A stretch of DNA of 63,562 bases, the filler included, from Collodictyon triciliatum (Eukaryota): NCBI GenBank assembly GCA_043381765.1. It is 9 parts of 9 records of this genome, joined end to end, with 100 filler letters (N's around TTAATTAATTAA, not from the genome) between each part and the next. Parts side by side here need not be neighbours in the genome. Positions count along the whole stretch, not along the records: positions 1 to 6,973 come from JBHJMP010004133.1; positions 7,074 to 14,085 come from JBHJMP010004134.1; 7 more parts are not named here. The stretch is one strand, 5' to 3'. A program made the position numbers and the translations under genes. Below, one piece after another: positions 1-12,545 of the stretch. Below the pieces are notes generated by a model. The model was not told the origin of the DNA. It saw nothing but the letters and a program-made list of their open reading frames with translations, and did no database searches. How positions within the stretch are numbered: the stretch's first letter is position 1; each line of letters begins with the position of its first letter.

Positions 1-148
1 TTGTTTTTCTTTTGTTTTTCTTTTGTTTTTCTTTTGTTTTTCTTTTGTTTTTCTTTTGTTTTTCTTTTGTTTTTCTTTTGTTTTTTTGTTTTCATGTTTT
101 TTTATTTGAAGCGCGCCTCATAGGAATAATTTTCTGTGTTGCTGACAG

Positions 149-3100
149 TGAGTTTAGGGATGTCGGATCAGATTCCAAAAGTAAAGACTGGCGGATCTGC
201 AAAAGAACTAACTGCTCGCAACAAGAGCGGAGTCCGCTTTTCCTTCCAGGAGAAAGGCAGGCGATTATTTATGCTTCTAGCAACTGTGCATGTATTTGAA
301 ACACAGTTCCAATCGAATATCTATTTTCATGGACAGATGAGTGCATGGAATATTGCCGAGATATATTGGAGGCTACAAGCAGCCAACGCGCTTCAAAACA
401 AGTGGAAATCGAAGCAACCCGACAGAGTTTGGAGGCAGTTTTCAATACACTATTTGTTGAGAAAGAAACTGAAATATCTGCACACATAACATGGTTAGTG
501 AATGACATCTCTCCAATCTTCATAATATTATTTTCGTATAGAGAAAGAGAGTGAAAAATTGAAATCAGCATGTGTATACACATACATATTCGCTTATTGT
601 TTTTTGCACCTTGGTCTTACTTTCGGATGATGCGAATTTTTATCTTTATCTGGGTGTTTGCAAACCTTTATCTATTTAAAAGTAATGCAATTTTAATTTA
701 TTTTTTGTGATTTATAACGATAGAGTGTAATAAGTTAATATATAGTATCCAAAAAATCGCGGAACTCCACCGTTCTTGTCTGCACAGGTACAACATGGAA
801 AACATAAAACTGAAAGAGAAGATTGAATATATGGAGAGAAGGTTTGCTTTTGTTCTGATTTACTTAATATATTATTTGAATGCAGACGGCCATGACCTCT
901 TTCAATATTCCTAAATCAGGTGATAGTTTTTTCATTACTGATTTTCTGCGCTTTAAGGATGAAAGGCATCGGGGAATCTGAAACAGAGAGTCATATCTCG
1001 GAACTTGATAGAGATTATGTTTTAGAAATCACAGATCCTTTTCACAAGAGGGTCCTCGACGCAGAGACAAACTATAAGGCCAGTAGAAAAACTATGGATA
1101 TGTCTGTGATGATACACGAACTCACGGAGCAGGTTTGATCTTTCAAATTATTTTTTTTGAATTTTTTATGCATTAAAATTTTTGTATTCCTTATGACTAC
1201 ATCTTGAATTGCAATTGACAAGAGTAACTGATTAATAAAATTTGAACAATGAACAGAGCACTGTGTTGTCCGACCGTAATGCGATGCTAGAAAATGAGGT
1301 GCGGTTGATGACTTTATCTAATGTGAATTACATTGCGTGCTTTGAATTCGAGGGGAAAAAAAGAAGATGTCTCATTTTATGTTAAGGTAGAAGCTGAGAA
1401 TCCTCCCAGAAGGCGATTAATTTTGCTTTAAAATGTGTTAGGTTAAAAGGCTGAAGTTGGATTTAGCGATTGTTCGAGCAGAGAAAATGACATGTGAAAA
1501 CGAACTCAGTGAACGAATCATGTGATTATTGAACAATATGGCATTAATTGATGTTGCTTGGAGTGCTTTTTCTTTTAAAATATAACTAATTGTAAACTCA
1601 GCTTACTAGAGGATGAATTAGACGAATATAAACTAAAATACGAGCAACTTTTGCACCGGAGGGATTATACATCTCCCTCTAGAAAGGTTTATCTTTCAAA
1701 ATGATTTAAAAATCATGAGATACTTTTCAATCGTTTTTTTTTTCCATTCATTCATTCATTGTAATTGAACTTGAACTTTCTTAAATAATAAATAACGATA
1801 ATAATCAGGGAACAGCCACTGAAAAACAAGTCTTGGATGAAAGGTGTATTATTCACCTCCAGGCTCTGGTCCGGGGTTGGCTTGCACGACGAACTTTCCA
1901 ACGCAGTGGTATAGTGTACTTTTAAGAATATATACATTTTTTTCAAAGTATTGATACAATGAATAAAATATATTATCACCCAGCGTTAATATTCGTCTGA
2001 AATGAATAGCAATCATCAACTTGAGAAATCTTGCGTATCGGAAATTTATGACTCGATCGTCTGTGATTGAGGAGTTGCTTCACACTGAGAAGACCTACGT
2101 TCGGTGTCTTGGTGTTATTGTTGAAGTATCTTTTTATAAGTCTTGATATCAGTAACAAGATGTCCATATTTGGTTAATCAGCTAAAAGGCTAAAGCAATA
2201 CTATTTTCCACTCTTTCATTAGCATTTTTGGAAACCATTCACTCAGCAAACACAATCTAAGCATTTGAACATACAGATGATGGTAAGACATCCAAAATGC
2301 AATTGAATAATTATCATGCAGTAATGAATAATGGGGACGCAAATCTTGTTGACTGGATATATTCCATTAAACGAAAACTAATTATCAATAGGATGTCCAA
2401 TCTATCTTCTGCAATGTAGAGATTATATACTCTTACAACCAGGAATTGCTTCGTGAATTCCAGAAGAGAATTACATCCACAAACCCGATGATATATGACA
2501 TCTTCCTTCAACTTGTATTGGCCTATTACGTAGATGATTATAATACCATGACGATAGCTACTAAAGTACATGAAACATTAGGGAAGCTTCTTTAAAGTGT
2601 ACTCAGACTATGTGCAGAATTTTGAGACAGCTTTTTCTAGTTTTTCGAGAATATGTCAGAAAGCTTCAGTTGCTCGATTTATAAAGGTTTGTCAGTATAG
2701 TTGTAGTCTTTCAAAATGTTGGTACAATGAAGAAAAAAGTATTTTTTATTCATAACCCATACAATTACCTTGAATAAATTTTAATAGCTTAAGGAAGCAC
2801 ACAACTGCTGCTCAAAGACAAAATTATCCTCCCTGTTGTGCATCCCAGCAGAAAGGATTCCACAGTATATCTTTTTAGTTCAGGTTATTCTCTTTTACAA
2901 AAATTATGTATTTCATTATCCCAACATTTACGATTTCTAGCCACTTAGCTTGGTATATTTTATATATGGTTTGATTCTTTTGTGTAATGGAACTGCATAT
3001 TATTTGTATTTGATTCACACTCTTTTTACCTATTAAAATTGTTGAATGAGCAATATTTGGTTGAGCATCAAAATCGGTCTTATTTATAGGATTTATTGCT

Positions 3101-5957
3101 ATTGACACCCTTGGAACATCCAGAGTATCTGTTATTGTGCAAGTTACTTTACTCTTTACGTGGTCTTTCAAAAAAATTTAATGAAGAGCGCATCAAAGTG
3201 AGCCATCCCTCGTTACTATGATTTATCAACTCTGCTCCTTTATATTCATTCGCCTTCTCATTTATTATAGAAAATCATATAACGATTTTCTAATTGCATA
3301 TTTTTATTTCGTATCTGTTTTGTTCCTTTCTGCTTTTGGACAATACATAGTGTATTCTTAATTTACTTCCATGGGGCTTTATTCATTTCTTGTTATTGGT
3401 TTACTATTATTTTTATTCTTATTATTATTAAAAAAAAAAAGAAAAATTTAGGCATTTAACATCGAGAAAGTACTCAACCTGCAGACCTCTATCGAAGGAG
3501 ATATCCCAGTAATTATTTTATTTCAGTTCTTTGGAGAAGAAAAAAAAGAAGGGTTTACCACCATCAATTATTTTCATCATTCAAAATATTTAATAATGTA
3601 AATAATATCTGAAAGAATCTTTGCGAGCCATTCAGAAGGTTTGTTGCTGAAGGGAAAATAATAAGGTTAGCTTGAATAAATTTCTGGTTTGAAGATGAAT
3701 GAAAAGATGGATAGTTATTGAGTTTTTGTGAACATATCTACATATTAAAGTTGGATATATATGTACAGACTGGTTGGCAACTTTGCGAAAACCAGATTTA
3801 TCTGCCTTCTATCGGACTGCATAGTTATTGCTTCCAGGTTTGTCGAATATCTCCCGTCAAGTCGGTATATATATTTGATTTATTGATTCTTCTTTTGGTT
3901 GCCACTCATGTCATCTAGTAAGGAGCAAGGGAAACTTATATTCGAAGAGCTGGTTCAGTTGAATGGCTTCACTGTCTTGAAAGACATCCCAGATACACAA
4001 TGTAATATGAAATATTTGCTTTGACTCTCAATACACATGTCGCACTGATGGCACACCATCAGATGGATTTGCTGAATTGAAACTCATGTCAAAATCAATC
4101 CACAGTGATGAGCAGGCAGTACGCCTTTTCAGTGACTCAATCAAACGTAATAGAGTCCATAAATACTACTATCTATATGAACCGTTTTTTTTTTTTTTTT
4201 TACACAATTATTGTAATTGTTCATAACAGTTACTCATTTTATAAAATGTATCTAGGGAAAATCCTATACGTTTTGTACAGAGAGCACTCAAGAAAAAATA
4301 GCCTGGATGAGAGTCATTACTGACACTGTTTTGAAGCTCAAGAAAACACTCGAGACAAAGCAGAAAAGAATAATTGTATATTTTAGAAAAGTTTCTTTTC
4401 AAAGAATCATGACGCATGACATCAATTTAAAACCATATAGACTCAAGGCGGTCCCACTCTAAGGCAAGGATTTCTGATGAAAAAAGGTTCTCGTCTGCTT
4501 CTTCACTTCTGCTTTATATCTCCTTTCCAATAATACTGTTTATTCCTCTTTTATTGACTTTTGCTTGTTTATAAAAATTAAGATAAATTGGTGGATGTTA
4601 TATACCAACATTTTTAATTAATTAGTCGATAATAACATGCGTTCGATGTTATGAAATGGACATAATACTAATATTTTGATATTTGTAAAATTATCAAATA
4701 TTTCGTTGCATGGAAATTAAATCATTTATCCAACTTTTAAAAAATATATAAATATGTGAACCAGGCGGCCTTGTCAAAAATTGGAAAAGGCGATATTGCG
4801 TTCTCAAGAAGGAGTATCTTTTCTACTACAAAACAGAGCAAGTATGCCACCAGGCAAAGAAGACAGAATGATTATGGTTTTACCCTTCAACATTTTTTCC
4901 TTTGCTCGATTCAAAGGTTTTGCCCTTCAACATAATAGGAGCGTTGACAACTTTATTTCTATTTTCTATTTTCTATTTTCTATTTTCTATTTTCTATTTT
5001 CTATTTTCTATTTTCTATTTTCTATTTTCTATTTTCTATTTTCTATTTTCTATTTTAGACTGACAATGTAGATCCATGTGGAATAATTCCTATGTACAAC
5101 TACGAGCTGAAAACATCCGCTAACGGTAGAATTTACTCTTTCGAGCTGTATCACAAATCTCAGGTGACTTTTGTTTTCAATTACCAAGTTGTGCAAGGTA
5201 ATTTGTTTCTTGAAATTATGTTTCAATAATATTCCAGAAGAAAAAAGCTTACATGGTCGAATCTCTAATCATTTTTTTCATATTTTTTTAAAACATCACA
5301 TAAAATCTGCTACCTGCGCCTTCAAATTAACGCGTGGGCCCCTACTCAACAAATTCAGAGGACATTTTATTTTATGGCAGAATCGCCTGAATCTTACAGC
5401 GATTGGACGGACTCCCTTCAAACATTATTGGTTTTCGATTTAATTGAAGCATGAAAAAAATATTTTAAATTTAAATTACAAAGCACTCGAATATTTTGAC
5501 TGCTTGGGAAACTTTAAATTACATAATTAAAATTGTTCATTTAGCAGGAAAACTGGCAGGTGCAGTCTCTGGGTGCGAACTCCGCCATTTTCTTCACAGA
5601 AGTTCCACTGGCTGCTGACAAATTAGATTCTCACCCAGAAGGCTCATCTCTTGAACAACCCCCTCAGGAGCAAAATCCAGATGTATGATAAATAATTTTG
5701 AGTTTTGTTATTTTCTCATATGCTAAATCTTTTTCTTTTTGGGTCATGTATCAAACTAGTTACTCGATGTTAGTGCTGATTTTTAAATAGCTTTTATTTT
5801 TAAAATTAAAATGCGCACCCAGAACGCCAACTGGAGGGCATCCAAAACGCCCTTTGAACACATCAAAACCCCTTTGGCCATCGACTTTATAACACCTGAG
5901 GGAGCAGTTTTGAGGTTCAACACAGTAACCAAGGAGCTGACATCCTCCGACAGCTGA
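149..5957 (+). CDS. Multi-exon Rho guanine nucleotide exchange factor (coiled-coil, IQ, DH, PH); 5' end uncertain
   Basis: Manual splicing gives an IQ motif CIIHLQALVRGWLARRTF (~1845-1900), DH motifs VIEELLHTEKTYVRCL (~2065), FKVYSDYVQNF, LSSLLCIPAERIPQY and DLLLLTPLEHPEY, then PH-like RRFVAEGKI and RFICLLSDCIVIA. The probable last exon ends at TGA 5955-5957. Confidence 0.8.
4876..4933 (-). mobile_element. Ultra-short poly(A) retro-insertion (22 bp) with 18-bp TSD, family A
   Basis: GGTTTTACCCTTCAACAT (4876-4893) + TTTTTCCTTTGCTCGATTCAAA + GGTTTTGCCCTTCAACAT (4916-4933); one mismatch between the TSD copies; intronic. Confidence 0.75.
4955..5056. repeat. (ATTTTCT)n microsatellite
   Basis: Direct tandem repeat in an intron. 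Confidence 0.95.
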
Positions 5958-6042
5958 GACTTACCGCCGCACTGCGCAGACATCTCTCTCAATGTTCAAT
6001 TAATCTCGTTGAGTCAGTCTCACCCACCCTCATAAAGCCAAA

Positions 6043-6225
6043 GTGAGAAAGAGAACCAGAAAGATGAGAACCAGAAAGAGAACCAGAAAGAGAACCAGAA
6101 AGAGAACCAGAAAGATGAGAACCAGAAAGATGAGAACCAGAAAGATGAGAACCAGAAAGATGAGAACCAGAAAGATGAGAACCAGAAAGATGAGAACCAG
6201 AAAGATGAAAACCAGAAAGAGAAGA
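6043..6225. repeat. 15-bp tandem repeat (GAGAACCAGAAAGAT)n with 12-bp variants
   Basis: About 12 units, ending ~45 bp upstream of tRNA-Lys. Confidence 0.95.
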
Positions 6226-6271
6226 GAATATATTAATATTATATCTTTATTGCTCCCCTCTCCTCAAGAGA

Positions 6272-6344
6272 GCCCGGTTAGCTCAGTCGGTAGAGCGTCA
6301 GGCTTTTAACCTGAATGTCGTGGGTTCGACCCCCACACCGGGCG
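6272..6344 (+). tRNA. tRNA-Lys(TTT)
   Basis: Acceptor stem GCCCGGT...ACCGGGC, D arm GCTCAGTCGGTAGAGC, anticodon arm TCAGG-CTTTTAA-CCTGA, T loop GGTTCGA, T-run terminator downstream. Confidence 0.97.
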
Positions 6345-6805
6345 ATATATTTTTCCTACACCGACGATAGTTGTGGAAAATACATGCGTATTATCATATT
6401 TCTTCCCACAAGGCATTTGACAGTGAAATTCTCTATTTTATATATCATAGTATAACTTTTTACAGAATTTAGCACAAAGCTCACTTTTTCCGTTTCTGTT
6501 CATTCGCACTCATATGGCAGCTGAACAAGCCAGCTATAATTATTTCCCAGGCTGCACGCGCTGAACAGGTACTGTAAAATGCAGTACATATTCAGTTGCG
6601 GGTGAATCGAAGCATTCTCTGATCAAGGCATCTGCTCAAGGCAAGGGGGTCGAAGACGGCCAAGCGTTCACGCACAATAACCCCTGGGCCAATATCCAAT
6701 CAATGTGTCTCTCTTTTCTTCTCTCTTATCTTTTTTCTTTTTTCTTTTTCTTTTTTCTTTTTTCTTTTTTCTTTTCTCTCTTTTTTCCTTAACTTCTGCT
6801 GCTCC

Positions 6806-6973
6806 ATGACAAAACCACCTTCTCATACGATCAAGCCAAGGGCGCCAAGCATGAGCAACTTCCACCAAAACATCCCAATCAACAGCTGGCAACGTGGCGT
6901 GATTGCAGCCGGCTCGGCCGTCTTTGCCTTTCTGAACCCAACACGTGGCGATCTCGTGGCCACCCTGTCCGAA
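6806..6973 (+). CDS. COQ4: Ubiquinone biosynthesis protein COQ4, N-terminal fragment cut by scaffold end
   Basis: NIPINSWQRGVIAAGSAVFAFLNPTRGDLVATLSE matches the COQ4 N-terminal pattern HIP..LQ+.LLA.GSA..AL.NP.R.D+VA.LGE. Confidence 0.8.
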
Positions 6974-7073
6974 NNNNNNNNNNNNNNNNNNNNNNNNNNN
7001 NNNNNNNNNNNNNNNNNTTAATTAATTAANNNNNNNNNNNNNNNNNNNNNNNNNNNNNNNNNNNNNNNNNNNN
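6974..7073. other. Artificial scaffold-joining spacer (N44-TTAATTAATTAA-N44); repeated at 14086, 21164, 28234, 35302, 42368, 49434 and 56499
   Basis: Identical 100-bp all-frame-stop linker about every 7.07 kb; the intervening pieces are 6964-7012 bp and roughly size-sorted. Confidence 0.98.
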
Positions 7074-7226
7074 TACTTTCCCTCTCCCAAGGACTTCACC
7101 CACAAGTCCTATCCTGAAAGGAATCCCTGGGCCTCTTATCAAGCCCCAGGGTCTTTACCTCCTTTTTTCTTCCTTCTCATCCCCTTCTCTCCTTTATCTT
7201 TTCCCCATCTCTATACTCCTCTGATG

Positions 7227-7339
7227 GCACATCCGCCATCACTTTCTCTTTTTTACCTCGGAATACTTGCTTGGTGGTTGAAAAAAGATTGTTGGCATGG
7301 GCGCCAACAGCAAAGTCTGTCGTGAATAAAAAAAAAAAA
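7227..7339 (+). repeat. Dispersed ~110-bp poly(A)-tailed repeat (family C), probably a non-LTR/SINE 3' end
   Basis: Nearly identical to 35464-35575; ends GTCGTGAATAAA(A)n; contains hairpin TGTTGGC..GCCAACA. Confidence 0.75.
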
Positions 7340-7394
7340 GTAAAAGGCAGCAGTAATTACGACCACTAAGCTGATAAATAATAGTTCACGGTGA

Positions 7395-10032
7395 ATGAGC
7401 TGCCCCTTCATTGAGGGGCTGTGCTTCTACCCATGTTTCCAAGCTCGCAGTCGATCATCTTCGGGAGCAATTTCATTTCCGTCAACACCTTCTTCGACGG
7501 GGTCTGCTCCGCCACTTGTGCCTCGAGCTTTCGGCCTCACCGACGCCCCTATTCTTCCAGCAGATTCTCATATGGCTAACGAGTGGGAGGCGATTCTTGA
7601 ATGGATCTGTGATGTAGGTCATCCTGGGGAAAACGAGGCTGTCTCACAAAGCAGCGGTGTACATGACTCTGCTCGCAAATTAAAAGGCCGCCAATCACAG
7701 ATGGTTCGCATGCGAAGTGACTTTGCCTTTGGCGATGTGCTCGGGGAAGGGGCGTTCAGTCAGGTGCTGCATTTTTTCATAATCACGCGCAATAATATCA
7801 GTCAGTTTCGATAGATTACAGAAGGAATTTCTTGAAAACAATCATCACGTACTGATATGCTGGCATATTTTGTATGCTGCTGAATCACATATCATATTAT
7901 ATGTAAAATTAAAAAAATATGTAATTTTCATACAACAATAAAGCATAACTCGCATCTTTTATATGCAGGTAGTTGCGGCCACTGATATTTCAACAAGGGA
8001 GGTATTTGCCATCAAAGTTATTCATAAGCATCGAGTATCACAAGCTAAAAAGGTTGATACAATCAAACGCGAGGCAGTAATAATGGCAAAACTGAGTCAC
8101 CCATATGTGATGCAACTTCACTTTTGCTTTCATGATTCGATAAGCTTTTATTTTGTCTTGAGCTTTTGTGAACAAGGTGATATGTTGCGGTACATCAAGA
8201 AAAACAGTGCTTTGGATGAAATATGTGTCCGATTTTATGCTGCCGAGCTTGTTTCTGCTATTTCGTACCTGCGCTCGCAAGGAATCGTTCATAGAGACAT
8301 AAAACCAGAGAACCTTTTAATTCAGTCGGACGGGCATTTGAAGTTGGCGGATTTTGGGTCTGCAAAGGTATGTAAAAACTCATTTGGTGCAACTAAAAAA
8401 AAAAGGGGAGGCCTTATTCACGAAATTTAATTTTGTATTTGTATTTGTATTTGTATTTGTATTTGTATTTGTATTTGTATTTGTATTTGTATTTGTATTT
8501 GTATTTGTATTTGTATTTGTATTTGTATTTGTATTTGTATTTGTATTTGTATTTGTATTTGTATTTGTATTTGTATTTGTATTTGTGTTGTGTTGTGTTG
8601 CGATTCAACCTAATGTAATATGATTAATATTTTCCTTTATTTTGTTTTCAATTTATCCATATTAACTCTAAGGATTTCAGCATGAATACCAATCAAATGT
8701 TAAATACAAAAAGGATGGTAGAAACAGACAGGAAAGGTTTTCATCCCCTATTATCAAGATATTAATGCAACTTCTAGTCATCTAATACTATTGAAAAAAT
8801 ATATCACAACCAGAGCGAGCAACCTCATTTGTCGGAACTCCTGATTACATGCCTCCAGAAATTATTGAAAATAAGCCGATTGACTATTCGTAACTGCCCT
8901 TTAATACAACGTTAATCATATTTAAAGTGAAAATAGAACCGAAAAGGCATGGGCTCAAACTCATCATCTTTCGCATTATGCATTCCATGTAGGTGTGATG
9001 TCTGGTCCTTGGGTTGTACAATATTCCATATGCTTGCAGGGAAACCACCTTTTCGTTCGGTCAATGAGTTTGTAACTTTTCAGAAGATAAAATCTCTGAC
9101 TTACTCGATTCCAGATGGCTTCTCGGAGCATGCATCTGATTTTATCCGAGGAATATTGGTAACTCACTGTTTACAATATCACCCACACTTCAAATCAAAT
9201 GACATGTATTATGCTCGGGTAAGAAGTAGTGAAATATTGAGGTCTCTTTCATTCATTTTTTATTTGATTAACAGACCTTAGACCCTGGTTCCAGGCTTGG
9301 AGCAAATGATGATTTGGAAAAAAGTCTCGGATCTCATGCTTTTTTTCGAGGGACTGATTTTAGTTCGTTGAGGAGCGTAGAACCACCTTACTTTAGACCA
9401 GCAAAGGGGCTTGGTTTTTCGCGTGATGCGCTCACTTCCCATATCATACCCTCGAGATATGAAGATACTCGGAATTACTCGCAGTTGAGAGACTCAAAAG
9501 AACGTCAAATTAATCACACAACAAGGTTGTTTTTCAGTTACCTAAAAAAAACATAATGAATCTGTAGGGTATTTCATTAGAGTACTTGTTTTCTGAAACA
9601 AGTAGTGATATATTAATAATGATAATTAGGACCTCATGTCTCAAAGTCGGTGAGAAAACTGTTGTCGAAGGAATGATCATCAAAAGGTCCGGTTTATATG
9701 AGAAATTGAGATATTTAATTCTAACAGATCACCCAAGACTATTTTATCTTGACCCGGAAAAAGAGAAGATTCGGGCAGAGATCCACTGGACTTTTGACAT
9801 GTGCTGTATTGAAAGTGGTGATAACGCTCTTGTTCTCGATATGGTTTGTGTATTTCTATTGTAATTAAGACATGCTTGATAGTTCTTTAATGAGAAATTT
9901 TTGTGAGAGTTTTTCCAATCAATACAGGGGCACCGAGTGTATATTTTCTGTACACCATCCCGCATGGCCAATATTTGGAGAAAGCAGATTCTTGAAGCTC
10001 ATTCTACATGGGTATCCAGACAACCAGTCTAA
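7395..10032 (+). CDS. PDPK1: 3-phosphoinositide-dependent protein kinase 1-like (AGC kinase + C-terminal PH domain)
   Basis: DFAFGDVLGEGAFSQV, FAIKVI, HRDIKPEN, DFGSAK, ATSFVGTPDYMPPE, DVWSLGC; PH region KRSGLYEKLRYLILTDHPRLFYLDP; stop TAA 10030-10032. Confidence 0.9.
8432..8586. repeat. (TTTGTA)n microsatellite
   Basis: Intronic tandem hexamer. Confidence 0.95.
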
Positions 10033-10774
10033 CAAACACATTTTTATTCATTTATCGAACGCCATGGCTATCTAGATAAAGTTAAAATCGGTCTATTTGG
10101 ATAAGCTAATGGTACTTTATACTTCAAGACATCCAAGTTTTGAGGCTAGGTGCACAGTTGCCATGTGAATACGATTAATATGTTACTTTCAATTGAATAA
10201 AGGGAGGATATTTTTAAGAAGTCCTTTGATATTACATGACAAATGTGCTCATTTATCCTGTTGCACATATTTTTTTGGTCCATATGCTAATCATTAAGGA
10301 AAAAACGGCAGCTAGCTGACCAAGCTAAATGAGTCAGGCATATGTTCCATCTCATGAGGAATGTATATGTGCCTAACCATCGGAGCAAGGTAAATTGGAA
10401 CCTCACACTCGACAGTGTCTGTGTGCGATGGTGTTGGTGATGAACCAGAATAAGGGAAAGCATGATGGCCTTTTTGATATTTGNNNNNNNNNNNNNNNNN
10501 NNNNNNNNNNNNNNNNNNNNNNNNNNNNNNNNNNNNNNNNNNNNNNNNNNNNNNNNNNNNNNNNNNNNNNNNNNNNNNNNNNNNNNNNNNNNNNNNNNNN
10601 NNNNNNNNNNNNNNNNNNNNNNNNNNNNNNNNNNNNNNNNNNNNNNNNNNNNNNNNNNNNNNNNNNNNNNNNNNNNNNNNNNNNNNNNNNNNNNNNNNNN
10701 NNNNNNNNNNNNNNNNNNNNNNNNNNNNNNNNNNNNNNNNNNNNNNNNNNNNNTTTTTCTTTTTCTTTTTTCTT

Positions 10775-11553
10775 TTACAAACCGGAGAAAATGAGTCGTT
10801 GGGCCGAAACTATAGGCATTATAGACCCGCCGATAGTCAAAAGCTGGAAGCAAGCCCGTATACCTCAGTTACTCCCAAAACACCGTGCCCTACTTCTCAA
10901 TATCTCCAACAGAGAGCTGTGGATGGGTGCGCGTGTAGTCCATGCAGCAACGACCTCTCCAGAATGCACCATGTGCCATAGTGGAGATGACTCTATCGAA
11001 CACACATTTGTGAAGTGCTCTCTTGCTCAAAAAGTGACAGAGTCTACCCACAAGATGCTCTCTGAGCTTGAATTATGCTCTCAACCGGCTCAGCGCGTCT
11101 GACATCCTGTTTGGCCCACAATACCAAATGACCCACGACTCTAGAATACTCTGGACAGTCACAAGGGGACATATGCTGTGGTCCTTATGGAGTGTGCGCA
11201 TTCTCTCGCTCTAATGATTCACTCGAACGAGAAATCCATGTATCCAGGCTTGAAAGCCTCGTTCGATACAGCTTCCTGAACAGCCTGCTGAAACACGCCT
11301 GCATTCTTTGCTACTCTGACCGCAAGCGAAGAGAGATGTGGGAATGGGTCATGCGATATCTCCCACAGCATATCCAACTCCTGCTACCCACGCAACCAAT
11401 CAAACAGTTGGGACGCCCACATGACCAACTCGCTATCACTGATTTCTTTCGCAGTAGCGACCTCTTCACGGCATCACAAAACCCAGAGCCGCAGGTTTTT
11501 CGCACCAGCGAATCCATCCCTGCACGTCAAATTTACATTTAATATACAATAAA
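10775..11553 (+). mobile_element. Degenerate 3' end of an L1/Tx1-like non-LTR retrotransposon (ORF2 C-terminal zinc finger)
   Basis: CTMCHSGDDSIEHTFVKC (zf-RVT CxxC..E+.EH.F..C), then ILFG..., LWTVTRGHMLWSLW; frameshifted; homologous to 50855-51454. Confidence 0.85.
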
Positions 11554-11576
11554 TTTCCGACTCTCATCAAGAAAAT

Positions 11577-11648
11577 AGCAAAGTGGCGCAGTGGGAGCGT
11601 GCTGGGCCCATAACCCAGATGTCCCAGGATCGAAACCTGGCTTTGCTA
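11577..11648 (+). tRNA. Initiator tRNA-Met(CAT)
   Basis: A1:T72 pair (AGCAAAG...CTTTGCT), anticodon arm CTGGG-CCCATAA-CCCAG with three G:C pairs, GATC in the T loop. Confidence 0.97.
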
Positions 11649-11974
11649 GTTCGTGTTCTTTTTGGCGCTCCAGTGAGGCCTCCAGCAATCCAACAGTCTC
11701 GTCTGCCGCAACTGGGATTCTTGTTTGGGTGGAGACGATGCGATACACTGCTGTGTTTGCATGGCAAGATTGGTCAACTTTTTTGCATCTGATTCGGGTT
11801 GGAATGTGTTCTCTTCACAAACCCTGCTTATGGCGCGACGAAATGGCGTTGTTGGGTATTAAACTATTTTATATTTAGTGGCTGGTTTTAGGTGAAGAAA
11901 TAAAAGACCGATGTGAGATTATCTCTCATCGAATTGGAGCATCTTGTCACGATTTTTTATATCGTTTGTTTGCT

Positions 11975-12152
11975 TTTTTGTTTTTTGTTTTTTGTTTTTT
12001 GTTTTTTGTTTTTTGTTTTTTGTTTTTTGTTTTTTGTTTTTTGTTTTTGTTTTTTGTTTTTTGTTTTTTGTTTTTTGTTTTTGTTTTTGTTTTTGTTTTT
12101 GTTTTTGTTTTTTGTTTTTTGTTTTTTGTTTTTTGTTTTTTGTTTTTTGTTT
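11975..12152. repeat. (TTTTTG/TTTTTTG)n microsatellite
   Basis: Tandem low-complexity tract. Confidence 0.95.
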
Positions 12153-12545
12153 TCTTCTATTACACTTGGTGTCTCATATGCAGAATTCTTTGGTAATTTA
12201 TCGTAAAGCTTTTTGTACCTCTCTGCCACGGCCACCATATGACAAGATAAATAGGAAAGAGCGTTCTTTTCTTTTCAAACAAATATTGTTTGTGTCTGTG
12301 AGAATGTCTCAAATAAAGACAGTTGATGCGTTTGTGGCTGTTAAAGTCTTCCGATTGGACAATATTCAAAAGGGATGCCGTGTCAGAGAAGCGCATGGGA
12401 GCCGAGGCGATGAGAGGATGATAACGGGAATTTATTTCATTTAAAAAAGTTGAAAGGAATGAAAGAAACGAGACTTGGGCAAGACAAGCCGATAAAGTAT
12501 TTAATATGGAATTTTTCATCGATTTCTTTTAATTTTCATCCTTAT

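Noticed and set aside
5783-5992. Minus-strand ORF with KGVLDALQ resembling a HORMA domain
   Set aside because: It overlaps the probable last plus-strand exon of the RhoGEF, and no other HORMA motifs are present.
6043-6225. Tandem repeat as a CRISPR-like array or an Arg/Lys-rich ORF
   Set aside because: There are no unique spacers; it is a simple minisatellite and the ORF is a repeat artefact.
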